A stretch of 64,000 nt of DNA from assembly GCA_023213395.1 (NCBI GenBank), contig CM041465.1, positions 122,147,741 through 122,211,740 on the forward strand, given 5' to 3'. Positions 27,378 to 41,800 of the stretch are shown piece by piece (the stretch's first letter is position 1; each line of letters starts with the position of its first letter). The notes under the pieces are model-generated. The model did not search any database. It saw nothing but the letters and a program-made list of their open reading frames with translations, and was not told the origin of the DNA. A program made the position numbers and the translations under genes. Source of the DNA: Cycas panzhihuaensis. Taxonomy: Eukaryota > Plantae > Cycadophyta.

Positions 27378-30300
27378 TGGCACATCATAAAGAATTTAGG
27401 AAACTCATCTTTGATGATACTTCAGATGCAACCAAACACATATATTTATTTCAGAGGTTGATAAACCATCAGAAGATTATAAGTAAAGCAAAAATTAAAG
27501 AAATATTTATATATTCATTAAAGGGTGTACCACTAGCCTACCACAAGTAATTGGACCCAGTTAAGCCATGAAATGGGATTAAAAATGAAATTGAGGAAAG
27601 TTTTTAAAATATTAGAACAATGACAAAATAGACCTAACGTTGAAGGAAATCCAACAAAAACTAGGAGATTTTGTATTGAAATGCATAATATGGATTGATA
27701 TGATAGAATCTGCCATGACAAAAGGAGAGAGGAACATAGATTAAGTATGAGAGCTTTTTTGGTAAAGGGATTAAATGCCAAGTTAAAGAATGTGATGGCT
27801 TCACATCCACTTAAATCAAACCAACATGCCCAAGAGCTAACATTGGATTTTGAGAAAGAAATTGACATTAAAAGGATAACATACAATTCCCTCATAATGA
27901 GACTTTAGGAAGAAATAAATGAATTAAAGAGCCAAAATCTTAATAGATCCTTCTTTTAAGTAGCAAAATCAAGAGAAAGTTTGAAAGTAGAAGCTCCAAG
28001 AAAGGAAGTTGTAAGGCTTAAGCTACAAGAGCATAAAGCCCAGGAGAACATTAAAGAAGAATCTATAAAGCATCGAATGAAGGTGGCTCCAATTGAAAAA
28101 TGGTGTCACGTTTATGAGGAAAACACACACCCTACCAAGGAATATGAGTGTAATATAAGAGAAGAAAAGTAAAATAATTGGTGTTATATTTGTGACCAAA
28201 ATACTCACAATACTCAAGAGTGCTATTATAATACTAAAAGCACAAACTCCAAAGGTAGAGGGTAAGGAAGAGGAAACCCTACCACATGAACAATCTATAC
28301 AACTTGCACACAACTAGAGAATTCAGAAAAAAAAACCTCCTTTGAGAAAATGTTTAATATGTTTAAAATATGAGCATTGGAAATTAGACTCTCTAGTGGT
28401 AAAAACCCAAAAGGAATACCTATACATTTGTAAAAACTATGAAGGAACATTGGAAATTAGAGTGCCTAGTGGCAAAAATCTAAAAGGAATGCCCATATAT
28501 TTGTAAAAACTATGAATCAAATATGCATACCACAAAAGAATACAAGGTCAAAGGTAAAGATCTTAATGGCATAATAATCATACCAAACCCTTCCATGAAT
28601 GTTAATTTGTAAAATAAGAAGGAACTAAAAAAGACCACCTCAATTTGAAAGTAGAGATTGATTGATTTGTTGTTACAAAAAAAAACTTTAGAGGATGCTG
28701 CTAGGGAAAAAGCAACTAAAACCTTACCACTAAGAAAGCTAGAAATCAAACAAGTATATAGGTAAAAGAACAAAGGGGTTGAAGCAGAATCATCTCAGAA
28801 AACCATAGAAAGCAATTCATGTGTCTCAACCACAAAGTCAAAAGAGCTCTTGCAGAAACTTGTAATAATGGAAGACTTAGTGAAACAGTTAAAACTAACT
28901 ATTCTATTAGAACACATGATATAATGGATAAAAAAGAGAGTAATCTTACTAATAGAAACTACAAGAAGCCTAAACAAAATAGAACCTTCATGTGATCTTG
29001 ACCCTTCAATAAACATGAATATATTGGTAGTCACATTGTAAAACATCATTGTTGCTGGAGACATTGCGGTAATGTATTACTAACACAAACATGGAAGAAA
29101 CTGGAAAGCTCTCAGTTGACACCCACAAATTATTCATTAAAGTTGGGGAATGAGCTGCTAGTCAAACCCATGGGTTGATTAGAGAACATAAAGTAAACAT
29201 AGTAGGAATCATATTGCTAATAGACTTTACCATTGTTAACACGATAAAGAATGTGGTAACCTATCTGGCCATGCTGAGAAGACCATGGTTATATCAGACA
29301 TAATCCTTGTAAAGTTGGAAAGATGTAACTTTGACCTTTATAGATGTGGAGGTAATGAAGTAGTTATTTACATGTTGGCTAAGGGAAAATACACTGTATA
29401 AGTGGTCTCAGATGACACACCTAGTACAACAATAGCAAGTTTAGAGGCATCTTCAACCTTTGATAAGGCAAATCTCTACCACATGACAAAAGAAAATATG
29501 AATATGAATAACACACAAGAATGTGAGCCAAATTATTATGGAGAATTTCCATTAGAGAGTTCATCAAATGAAGGAGGTACAATGAATATGGTTAATTACT
29601 AAATGAATAGTTCATATGAGGTACCTCTCTCATATTGTTGTAATATATTATCTATATGTTTCTCAACTAACAATGGAATAAATAATAATTTTGAGTATAT
29701 GAATTTTATTCATAGTAATGAGTCTTTAGAAAATAAATGTATAAATAAACCCTTGGTGAGTGTAGATTTCAAGCTAAATTTAGAAAATAAGGTGTGTGTC
29801 AAAATTCAGGAAAAGATCCTATCTTCCAAACCTTTCCCATATCTTATCCCCCACCCTAACCCCCTTTCCCGACCCTAGACCTATCAAGGTTGATTCAGGA
29901 GATTTGGCCAATCTTCCCTCCAACCTTGAAAATCTTCTTACCCTTGTCCCCACCTTGAAACAAATAACTAGGGTGGACTCCCCTACCCTAACCTCTTCTG
30001 AGGATACTAATTCCCCAAATTCTCTTCTAATTTACTCACCAAGGAAGAGATAGAAGAGTATCTTCAAGATCTAAATAAATAAGATATAGTGTCATCTTAA
30101 GCAAATTTGGAGAATTCTTATTCCCCACATCCTATACCAAAACATATGGTAGAAATGCAAAAGAATATGTTTACATTTTTAGGGGATAGGCTAGACAACA
30201 CTAACCATCTCATTCAATGCATGGAATATTGGTTAAAATTTTAGATTTTTAATAGAATTCAATGGGTTTTGGATTTTATCGTTACCATGCATGATCAAGC

Positions 30301-31661
30301 CTAGTGGTGGTAGACAACCCCCCATCACATCCTTAGAACTTGGAACAATCTCTAATCAGCATTCTAATTAAGATTTAATCCTCCTTAAGGTATATTAATT
30401 TTAGGCTTTCTTATAGGAGAATGTCCTACCTAACATCTAATTAGGTGCAAATGGACTTGGAGAAATTGGAGCATTCCTAAATACCATTAGAGTCACTTAT
30501 TTTCTTCATACATTGGTTATATTAGCAAAAAATAAATCTTAAAACAAGAACAGATTATTGAAGCATCCTAGGATAAACTAGAACTCTCATTTGTTAAGTT
30601 ATTTTCTTCTTCCTCAAATAACAAGATAATACATAAGGTATTACGTAGCATGAGAGAAATGAGTATGAAAGCGGAACATACTCTTATATCAGTTAAAAGC
30701 ATTATAGATATAGATAACAATGAAAATGAGGAGAAGGGATGGAAGTTTATAACTTTCCTCCAAAATATACTAAACTGCAATATGAACAAAGAGACATAGA
30801 AGAGATACCTGCTCACAAATTAAGGGATAACCATCAAGTACAACAAAAGGAACTAAAATTAACCTCAAAATAGAAGTAGAACTGAAAAATATTACAATAG
30901 GAGACTATTGGGATGAGAGAATAATGACAGAAGCACAATCCCTTTTTTAAGAATTCAATGATGTGTTTGCATGGTTATACAATGACATTAAATATATCCC
31001 TCCAATGATAGGGGTATATCATATTGACCTAATAGAGGGAGCCAAACTAATAAAACAAAGACCATATAGGATGAATCCACAATACAAGGAAAAAATAAAA
31101 TTTGAATTAGATAAAATGTTAGAAGTTGGCTATATTTATGAGATAGAATATACTAATTGGATAAGCCCGATGGTGATAGTTCCAAAATAAAAAATAAAAA
31201 AATCTATGTGTGTGTAGATTATTACTAGCTAAATAAGGTCCCAAAAAATGATCAATTTTCCATTCCCTTTATGGAAAATATTCTGGAAATAGTAAGTGGA
31301 AAAAATATTTATTTATTTATAGATGGGTTTAATGGATACAACCAAGTGAGTATTACACCAAAAGATCAGTCCAAAACAACCTTTATGACAAAATGGGGAA
31401 TATATACCTATCAAGTAATGTTATTTATGTTAACAAATGCACTAATAATATTTTAAAGAATAGTGATTAATATTTTCACACACTTATTAGGGAAGCAATA
31501 ATAATATTTCTCGATGAGTTAACATTATATGGAATAATGAAAAATCACATAGAAAATCTCAGAATAATGTTACAAACATGCAGTGAAAACAAGTTATATT
31601 TGAATGCAAAAAAATGTACATTCTTGGTATCCTTTAGAAACCTTCTAGAGCATGTTGTTAG
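27378..31661 (+). pseudogene. Gypsy-C gag, multiple CCHC knuckles, protease, spacer and RT (first part)
   Basis: WCYICDQNTHNTQEC knuckle; decayed protease near 29040-29340; RT ORFs 30963-31190 (FAWLYND, KQRPYRMNP, WISPMVIVPK) and 31271-31456 (DGFNGYNQV); breaks at LLEHVV. Confidence 0.9.
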
Positions 31662-31824
31662 TGTTAGGATATAATGTTTTATCTAATAAGTCTAAGAGTC
31701 ACTTAGACACATATTCATGTAACATATTCTTATGTGCCATGTGTCAAGCAGATACTTGATGATTACAATTACATGTTTGTATATATAAAGTTCTTCTCCA
31801 ATTTTGTGAGTCAATATCTTAACA
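31662..31824 (+). repeat. 5' LTR of Copia-D
   Basis: TGTTAG...TTAACA; roughly 90% identical by eye to 36627-36791. Confidence 0.95.
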
Positions 31825-32541
31825 TGGTATCAAAGCAAGATATCATTCATGACTATTAAAGAAAGTCTCATTTGAGAGAAATCGGAATGAAGTAAGGACA
31901 TTATATTTCTCAAATCAAACTATCAAGGAGGTGCATTAATTAAAAGGCAGAAGAGATTAAAGAAACTTCTAATAGGAGGCCTACATAGTAGGTGTACAGA
32001 ATCGTACAGGCGTATGGATGGGATAATTTCATGTACTTAGAATTTTCTAAAACTCACCCCGATTATAGATATCAGCATCCTCATCACATCTCTCTTCCAT
32101 GTCAAAAGTGATATGGGGTCATCTTGAAGGGGTTTTACCCATTTTTTTAGGTGCGTAGGTTTGTGAGGAGAAACTCAATTTTTTTGAAGAAAGATACTCT
32201 AATTTCAGATAAAAATCTCTACAACATCTTCTCTTAATCAAAATAGAGTGATTAAGGTCCATTTTAAAGAATTTTTATGAGTTTTCTTGAAGATTTAAAC
32301 ATTTATCTTCTAAACCCTAGCTATCCATCTAGGGTTTTTGAGTTAAATATCTCTTAGATCTGGAAGCTTCTCTCAAAACAAATTACATATTTGGATTTAG
32401 CTCAAAAAGTGCTTCAATTTAAAGTAGTCTTTGGTCCAAATCTATACATTTAGATCTTGTACGAAAATCTATACAGCTATACGGACATCCATCTCTCTTG
32501 CCAAAAATTAACCATGTTTTTAGTTCTTTAAAGTTTCAACA

Positions 32542-35500
32542 ATGGTCTCGTCTATTTTAGCTCTCAACGAGTAAGATAAATTAATTGATAGTAATTATCA
32601 TGTTTGAAAAAATAAAGTAGAAACCCTACTCAGGACCAAAAATGACTAGGGAATAGCTACTAGTACTGAAGCCAAACCTGCTATTGTTGGGATTGCTCAA
32701 ATCAGCTAAGAAGAAAGAGACAATGCAGGAGTAATTGTGCTAAAATTGCCAATCTTTAACTCTCTTCTTATTTACATTGAGAAATTCGATTCCTCTAAAG
32801 AAATGTGGAAGATGTTTAAAAATATATACATTAAAAAAAATTGAGCAAGAATCATTGCTCTAAATGAAGAATTGTTTAAGTTGTACATGAAAGACACTGA
32901 AACTGTTCCTGAATTTCTCCATAAGGTCATCTTAGTTAGAAATAACCACCTAAGTGCAAAAGCAACCATCACAGAGCAGGAAATTATGGAAATGATAGCC
33001 ATCAAACTTTCAAAGTCCTTTGATGTTATAATCAATACAATAACTAATAATGATTAGATCAATACTATGTCATTTGATACTTTGACAGGTTTACTACTGA
33101 GACAGGAACAAAGAAATAAGCATTATGAAGATACAATAGAAGTAGAAGATGTATTTATAACCAAACTTCATCTTGGACCCAGAGGAAGGAGTCAAGCTCT
33201 GGGTTGTACACGAGGCCTAGATAGCAGAAGTATATCTTGTTGAAGGTGGCAAGAGAGTCAAGGACGAGGACATAGCAGTCTACCTAGGGAAGCATGAGTA
33301 TGTTTCAATTGTGGTAAGTTAGGGCATTTCTCAAGTAGTTGTAAGGCTTTTGATGTGTCTTATCGTTGTGGTCAATCTAGAAATTACCCATATTAATGCT
33401 CTCAGAGAAGGGCAGAAATTTAGAAAGGGAAACGTCCTGCAGGAAACTACAGTAAAGAGCAGGATGATGAAAATGACAAAGAAATTGCATTTATTGTTAT
33501 TCTTAAAGCTAGTCTCGAGGATGAAGAGGTGTGGTATATCAACTTTGGAGCATCAAGACATATGATAGGATGGGAGGGTTAGTTTGAATCCTTGAAACCC
33601 TACTTTTCTCATAAATCTATAGAGTTAGGAGACAAGCACTCACTAAATATCAAGGGAGTCGAAACTATAGCAGTCAAAATAAAAGAGGTTATACAGAAAA
33701 TTGATAATGTGTTTTTTGTACCTAGATTGAAAAAGAATTTGGTTTTTGTTTCCAAGTTAGAGAAGAAGAAATTTAGGAGTATTTTTTATGAAGGTCATTA
33801 TTACATCTTGGACATGAAGAAAAATAGAACTATAATTGCCAAAGAAATAGAAAGTAACGACTTGTACATGTTACTCTCTAGTCCTGCATCAATCATCAAA
33901 GATGTAAAAGTATGTACTATAATCAATGCTGATAATTATGTTGTGGCATTTGAAGTATGGGCATATCTCTTCTGATAGGCTAGCTCAGCTACAAAAGTTA
34001 AAAATGGTTGATGTTCCTCCTAATATTTTATTGCAACAATTTGTTTGCAGAAGTTATTTACATGGAAAACATCATCATTTTCCTTTTAAGTCAAATAAAC
34101 GACAGGCCAAAAATAAGTTAGATCTAATACATACAGATTTGTGTGGCCCTCTTACTTCTCATTCAATAAATGGTGCCAAATACTTCTTAACATTCATTGA
34201 TGACTTCTCTAGAACAACTTGGATTTACTTTCTCTATAGTAAATCTGAAGTTTTTGATAAGTTTAAAGAATTCAAGGTTGAAGTTGAGCTTGAATCTAGA
34301 CTTAAAATAAAATGTATTAGATCTAATGGAGGAGAAGAGTACATATCTAAAGAATCTCTAAATTATTGCAAAAATCATGGAATACGTAGATGGTTCACAA
34401 CTCCATACTCACTGCAATCCAATGGAGTTGCAAAATGTAAAAATAGGATGATTATGGAAATGGCTTTCAGCATGATTAAAAAAAATAAAGTTCCAAAAAC
34501 CTACTGGGTAGAAGTTATCTCCACAATTGGCTACCTCATAAACAGAAGTCCAACAAAAGTCTTGGATCAAGTTACACCCGAAGAAACTTGCATGCATCGA
34601 ACCAGATGTAAGTAATTTGAAAGGCTTCAGAAGTTAAGTATTTGTTCATGTACCAGATAAGAAAAGATCTAAACTTAACTCAAAAAGCATAGAATGTATA
34701 ATGATTGGTTAAATGCATAGATCCTAGGAAAAATAAAATATACATAAGTAGGGATGTAATCTTTAATGAAGATGATCTTCTGCAATATGTTCTAATTCAA
34801 CAAATTCCTGAAGAGGTACCCACAAGCATATCTCAAGAAGAACTTCCTGTAGAAGAAGTCTCTGAGATAACTTCTAAAAATATAAATTCAGTCAAGTCAA
34901 AAAAAGATCCACAAATTCAAGAAAGAATACATGCAGAGGAGGTGTCAATTGAACATTTTGTGACCCAAGAAGAAAGCAAGAAAGAAAAGAGAGTACCAAG
35001 ATGATATATTAAAACTATTGAAGAAGGAAAATGAGATGTATAAGCCCATAGGATAAGGAGTCAAAGGCATCAAGCATGTTCACTAACATAGAACCACAAT
35101 CATTTTAGGAAGCAAAAGGGCACAAAGAGTGGCAAGCTGTAATAGATGCAAAAATACAATCTATTTTCAAAAATCAAACATGGAAATTAGTATAATTACC
35201 TAATGGCAAATCAATGGTAAACTGCAAATGGATATATAAGGTAAAAGAAGATGCCAATAGTAAAATAAACAAATACAAGGCTAGATTAGTAGCCAAAGGC
35301 TACACTCAGATGGCTAGAATATATTATGAAGAAACATTTTCACCAGTGGCCAAATTGGATATTGTGAGAACAATAATTGCATTGGCAGCACAACATAACT
35401 AGAAGATTTACCAGTTAGATGTGAAAAGTACCTTTCTGAATGGCAAACTAGAAGAAGAGTTCTACATGAAACAACATGAAGGATATGTACAGAATAGGTA

Positions 35501-36611
35501 GGACATCTCGTCTATACACTAAAAAAGGCTCTATATGGTTTAAAACAAGCCCCAAGAGCATGGTATACCAAATTAGATAAGCATCTCACTCAGAATGGTT
35601 TCCACAGTTGTAGCTCTGACTCAAGTTTATATGTAAAGAAAAGGCAAAACCTAGTCATGATCATCACTGTATATGTAGATGATATGATACTTACAGGTAG
35701 TGATACAGAGTTTATAATTGATATAAGAATTCAATTACAAAAAAACTTCAAATGACTGACTTGGGACTTCTAAACTACTATCTAGGCATAAAGATTGAGT
35801 AAAAGGAAGACTCAATCTCTTTGTTTCAAAGCAAATATATTAAAAACTTATTATCAAAGTTCAACATGGAAGATAGCAATAGTTGCATAACACTGATGGA
35901 GGTCAATTGTGATTTGACACCAGATGCAAGAGAAGTTAAAGCCAATGGAACTTTATATAGATAGTTGATTGGAAGCTTGATATATTTGACAGCAACTAGA
36001 CCTGACATATCATATTCAGTAAGTCTAGTTTCAAGGTACATGCAAGATTCCAAGATAAAACATTAAAAAACAACTAAAAAAATACTTAGATATCTTAAAG
36101 GAACATCAGACCTGAAACTCACATATCCCATATCACAATCAAGTAAATTAATTGGATATTGTGACTTAGACTAGGTAGGATACAAAAAAAAAAGGAAATC
36201 AACAAGTGGGTATTGTTTCTTTCTTGGGTCAGCAACAATTTCCTGGAGTAGCAAAAAGCAACCACAGTTGCCTTCTCTTCCACAGAAGCTAAGTATAAAT
36301 CTGCAATCAATGCAACATGTGAAGTAGTGTGGTTACAATAATTGTTAACAGATTTGGACCAACAGTAAAAGAAATCAACAACATTGTTTTGTGACAACCA
36401 AAGTGCTATCAAGTTAACCAAAAATCATATTCTCTATGCTCGAGCAAAGCACATTGAAGTGTATCATTACTTAATTCGAGAAAAAGTCCAAAATAAAGAG
36501 ATAGACCTGATATATTATTCAACCAACGAACAGATTCCTGACAGTTTGACAAAGCCACTCAACAAAGATAAATTTCAAGTTTTCATAGATAAGATAAAAT
36601 TGAAAAGATAA
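32542..36611 (+). pseudogene. Copia-D gag-pol
   Basis: CFNCGKLGHFSSSC knuckle; WYINFGASRHM protease; ORF 33926-34615 (LWHLKYGH, IHTDLCGP, FIDDFSR); [11 protein letters not shown]; RNase H CDNQSAI and KHIEV. Confidence 0.93.
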
Positions 36612-36626
36612 AACATTAAGAAAGGG

Positions 36627-36791
36627 TGTTAGGATATAATGTTTTATCTAAGAAGTCTAAGAGTCACTTAGACACTTATTTATGTAACATATTCTTGTAT
36701 GTGCCATGTGTCAAGCAGATACCTAATTGTTACAATTATATACTTGTATATATAAAGTTTTTATCCAAATTTCTGAGTTAATATCTTAATA
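36627..36791 (+). repeat. 3' LTR of Copia-D
   Basis: Follows PPT; terminal CA mutated to TA. Confidence 0.95.
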
Positions 36792-36796
36792 GTTAG

Positions 36797-37096
36797 TGTT
36801 GGGAAACACAAATGTAAAAAAGGTCAATAGAATCTTTTACATCAGGCAGATCACAACAGAAATCAAACACAAAGGATACTAGATTGTCGTGGGAAACCCT
36901 TACGGGTAAAAACCCACCAAATAATATTATATTCACATTTTGACAAATCTAAAGTATATAAGATATAGACTTTGGTCTATATTTATAGATTTAAAATATC
37001 CTAAATAATAGGAATTACATCTGTCGGTTAACCAATATTGAGAATATTCCACATATCACACTTTTACATTAGTTGGTATATTAACATATTCTAACA
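36797..37096 (-). repeat. 3' LTR of Copia-E
   Basis: TGTTGG...CTAACA, followed on the plus strand by tcccctctt (PPT on minus). Confidence 0.92.
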
Positions 37097-38379
37097 TCCC
37101 CTCTTAATATGAATGTGGGGTATCAAGGTTTGTCCTTGGTAATAGATCCCCTCTCAAAGATAACCCTACCCAATATGTACAAACATCGTTGTAGCGGTCT
37201 TCAGCTAGAGCTCAGTGAACACGTCCACAAGTTGATCTCCACTTGGAAAAACTTCAACCTATATTTTTGCTGATTTGATCTACTCTCGGATGTAATGGTG
37301 CTATACCTCATATATGCATGATTTTTTGGAAATACTCCAACAGTCCCTACAACCGTACAACTCTCTCTACATTTGACACTTAATCCATGAAATTTAGCCA
37401 TATTCCTTTGACTAAATCAAGAGGTTAAGCCACTTGAGCCATGTGAATCTCCTCTTCAAGTATTCATTAAGGAACATTGATATGATATGATGTGACACCC
37501 AACTATATGAAGTTGCTAAAAGTAATGACCAAACGGACCAATAAACATAAAAACTGGTGCATAAAGTCTCCTAATACCTTCATCCTTCTTTCTATATAAA
37601 ATCTCTTACAAAATTACACAACATATTTTGCCAACTTGCAAATTGACTAAGTTCTTGAGAGAGGAAAGGAAGTCAAATCCCACATATATCACTCTCCATC
37701 AATACAACTCTCCATTGTAAATCTCCTCTCACTAGAACATTGATGTCTATCATGCTCTTTGATTGGCATGTTGATCCTTATTTTTCAATCATCATGTAGG
37801 TCTTTAACCATCAATGGAACACGGGGTTGCAATCAATGTCTCTTCAAATAATGGCTCCTCATCATCAATCTTTCACTTAGTCCTGCTTTTGTCTTAAACA
37901 CAATGTTAGACAAACAAACCTCCACACCTACTAAATAACAACACGAAAAAGAAAAGAAATAAAGGATAAAACTTGTAATCAGATGACACTCAGTATAATA
38001 TGTCAATAACTCTTCAATTTAACATCTAGACTAATCATAATACACCTCCCTTTTAAATCACAATGTATGTAAGCTTTATTCAAACAATCCCATAAGCTTC
38101 AAACTCTTGCAATATTGTTACTACGATCTTTATTTAAGATGTGTGCACTTCAATGCACCTCAAGAATCAAATGGAAGGCTTCTGACTAGTCCAAATACAT
38201 TCAATGGAGAATATGTGCCACAAATAGCACTAGAAGAGGCCTTATTCAATTGTTCGCTATAGCTTTTGCTATAAATCTATGGGAGGCAAACCATAATATG
38301 CACAAACCTCACTATCTATGTCATGATACTACACTTGCAATACATGGGGTTCACAGGACAAGCAACTATCAGTCTATAC

Positions 38380-38748
38380 TAAAGGAGAGAGGATATATAA
38401 ATAAGAAGTAAATGTAAATGTAGAAGCCATTCAAGTCCACAAGAAAGTGCACTAGATCTGGCAGGTAGAAAACCCATTTAGGAGATAAAAAACCACCTCG
38501 TGAATAATAATATTATTATAATAATAAGGACATTTGAATAGGTTGAGGATCTCATCCTCCCTCTCATACTAACCTATCTACGTACTAACATACTACCTCC
38601 CAAATCTTCCAGCTAGACAATGTATAAAAGATTCTAGAATAAATGGGAGAAGAGTTCGATGATTTGTCTAATTGTCCAAATCAACGAACTTTTGTAATAA
38701 GACAAATAATTTTAATAATAAAAGAGAACATTAAAATTAACACTAACA
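38380..38748 (-). repeat. 3' LTR of Copia-F
   Basis: Ungapped alignment with 44359-44727. Confidence 0.95.
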
Positions 38749-38829
38749 TCCCCCTTTAATGTTATCTTTTGTACAATATATGATATAGAAGATAAAAAAA
38801 TGTCTTCAACATATTGATCCCCCTTTGAT

Positions 38830-41800
38830 GAAGACTGCTTTTATCTTCAATAAATTTCTAAGCTTTAAAAACTTTACTTCAGTCAACGGCTTTGTAAGAA
38901 TATCTACAATCTGCATATCTATAGGACAATAAGACAAGTGAATAGCTTTATCATTTAGAAGGTTACGTATAAAATGTTGATATAATTCTATATGTTTTAT
39001 CCTTGAATGATAAACCAGATTAGTAACAATAGATATGACTCATTGATTATCAACATTAAGTTCAATGGATGAGTTAGAAAATAAACCAAACTTATTTAAA
39101 AGATATTTGATCCAAAGTAATTCTTTATTGGCTTCAACAAGAGCTCGATATTCAGCTTCAATTATGGATAAAGCTAAGGCTTACATCTTTTTACTAGACC
39201 AGGTAATTAGTGAAGAGTCTAAAAAGAAAACATAACCAGTAGTAGATTTATGATCATCAGAATCTCCTACCCAATCTAAATCTTTTTAACCTGTTAATTT
39301 TAGGTTATTCTTATAAGAGTTATAGGTTAGACCATAATATATTATACTTTGTAGGTATCTTAAAATCTGTTTAGCTACTTTCTAGTGATACTCATGAGGA
39401 TTTTGCATATATCTAGAGTATAAGACAACAGCATAGGAGATATCAGGACGAGTATGAGTTAGATAAATAAGACTACCTATGAGTTGTCAATATGTTGTTG
39501 GATCACAGAGTGATGTAGAACAATCAGTAGATAGTTTAATACCTGATTGTAAAAGATTTAGAGCTGATTTAGCATTTTCTATATTAAATCGTTTGATTAA
39601 ATCTAAAATATATTTAGGTTGAGAAATTGTTATTTCATAATCAGTTTGACAAATTTGTAATCTTAGAAAATAGTGTAAAAGACCTAAGTCAGATATTTCA
39701 AATTTATTCATTAAGACTGATTTTAATTTATGAAAACTAAAGAGCAAGGATCCAATGATGATTATATCATCTACATAGAGAATTAAGATAGTAATATTGT
39801 CATTTTCACGTCTAAAGTAAATATTAGGATCACTAATACATTTAGTGTATCCATTTTGTATAAGATAATTATCTATTTTTGTATACCAAGCTTGAGGAGC
39901 TTGTTTTAAGCCATAGATAGATTTTCGTAATTTATAAATGATGTTAGAATTACAAAACAAATCCAAGAGGTAGATTCATGTAAATTTTGTCTTTAAGATC
40001 ATTATTTAAGAAGACGCTCTTTATATCCATTCGATAGATTTCCTAACCAAATTTAGCTGCTAGAGCTATAATAGTCTTAATAGTATTCATTTTAGCTCAT
40101 AGAACAAAAGTTTCATTATAATCAATACCATCAATTTGTGAGAAACCTTTTACAACTAAACGAGCTTTATGTTTCTCAACTGCTATTTTAGAGTTAAACT
40201 TAATTCGATAAACATATTTACAATCGACTACATTCTTTCTAGGAGGTAGAGTAACTAAATCTCAAGTTGAGTTCTTTTTAAGAGCATCTATTTCAACCTG
40301 TAAGGCTTGTTGCCAAATAGGATTATTACTTGCTTACTTAAAAGTTTTAAGATTATCACTAGCCATGATTTTAGCCATTAGAGAAAAATTAGCTTGAAGT
40401 TTTTGTAAACGAGTTATTCTGGTATCCAAAGGATTATCAGCATTAGAACTAGCATCAGAAAGAATTTTCTGAGCCCAAATATGTTGTTTGCTATTGTTAT
40501 TTTGTTGTTTTGGTGAAGTGGGCTAACTAGATGTAGTAGAAGTATTGGATTATTTTAAAGTCCAGTTTTAAGCTTGAGTAGATAAGGATTCAATTGATTC
40601 AAGATCAGCTTGAATATTATCGGAATAATATATCAAAATTCTTAAATATTTAATAGAAGGTTTACGTCTAAACCATTTTTATTCTGGCGTGATATTTTGT
40701 AAAGATTTGCATGGTAAACGCTTTAATAAATAGTTAGAGCAAGCAATAGCTTCTACCCACAACTTTAAGTCAAGACTTTTTGCATGTAACATGTATCTAG
40801 TCATCTTAACAAGTATGCGATTTTTGCGTTCAACAACGCCATTTTGTTGAAGAGTATATGCTACTGAATGCTGAAATTGTATTCCATGCTTTTTATAGTA
40901 ATTAGTAAAATTGTTGCTTAAGTATTCCTTAGTATTATCTGTTTTGAAGATTTTGATTTTAGAATTTGTTTGATTTTTTACTAAGGTTTTGAATTTAACA
41001 AAGATACCAAATACTTGACTTCTCATTTTTAACATGTATACTTAATATTTTGTTGAAAAATCATCGATAAACGTGACAAAATATCTGCTTCCAGAGTATG
41101 AAGGAACTTGAAATAGACCACAGATATTATAATGAATAAGTTCAAGTGGAGCTTTTGCTCGAAAGGTAGTGTGATTTGGGAAAGGATCCATGTGTTGTTT
41201 GCCTATTACACAAGCTTCACAAATACCATAAATAGTTTTTAGTGCAGGTAAGCCATGAACCATATCATTTTTACTTAGATACTAGAGTTTTCCGTAACTC
41301 ATATGACCGAATCTAGCATGCCAAAGCTTATTGACAAGGTCATATTTTTATATAAAGGCACTAAAAGTTTTGGTTTTAGAATGTTGGAGACTTGTTAAGA
41401 TGTAAGACCTGTTTTGTTATCTGCAGGTCCTGAGGTAATTGGTTTAAACTTATTTAATGGTTGTTTGATAATAAACTTATTTTTTTAGAATTCTACAACA
41501 AGATCTTTCTGGTAGATTTCTTATACTGAAAGAAGATTAGGTAATAAGCCAAGAATATAGAATACATATTTAATTAAACTATCTTTCAACGTAACACCAC
41601 ATGACCCTTTGACTCTGAATTGGGTTCTACTCCTAAAAGAAATCTCTTCTTTAGAGTTTGAATCAGGTTGATATAGAGTGAGATATTCTTGGTGTCCCGT
41701 CATGTGATGGGAAGCACCTGAATCGAGAATCCACAAGGGTGGTTGAGTGGTTGGTGCTGAAAAAACTATTGTAGAAGCAATTAGAGAGTGATGAGAAGTA

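Larger units (their letters stand above)
31662..36791 (+). mobile_element. Copia-D: full-length decayed Ty1/copia element with short (163/165 bp) LTRs
   Basis: LTRs 31662-31824 and 36627-36791; PBS tggtatcaaagc 31825-31836; PPT aagaaaggg; perfect TSD GTTAG (31657-31661, 36792-36796). Confidence 0.95.
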
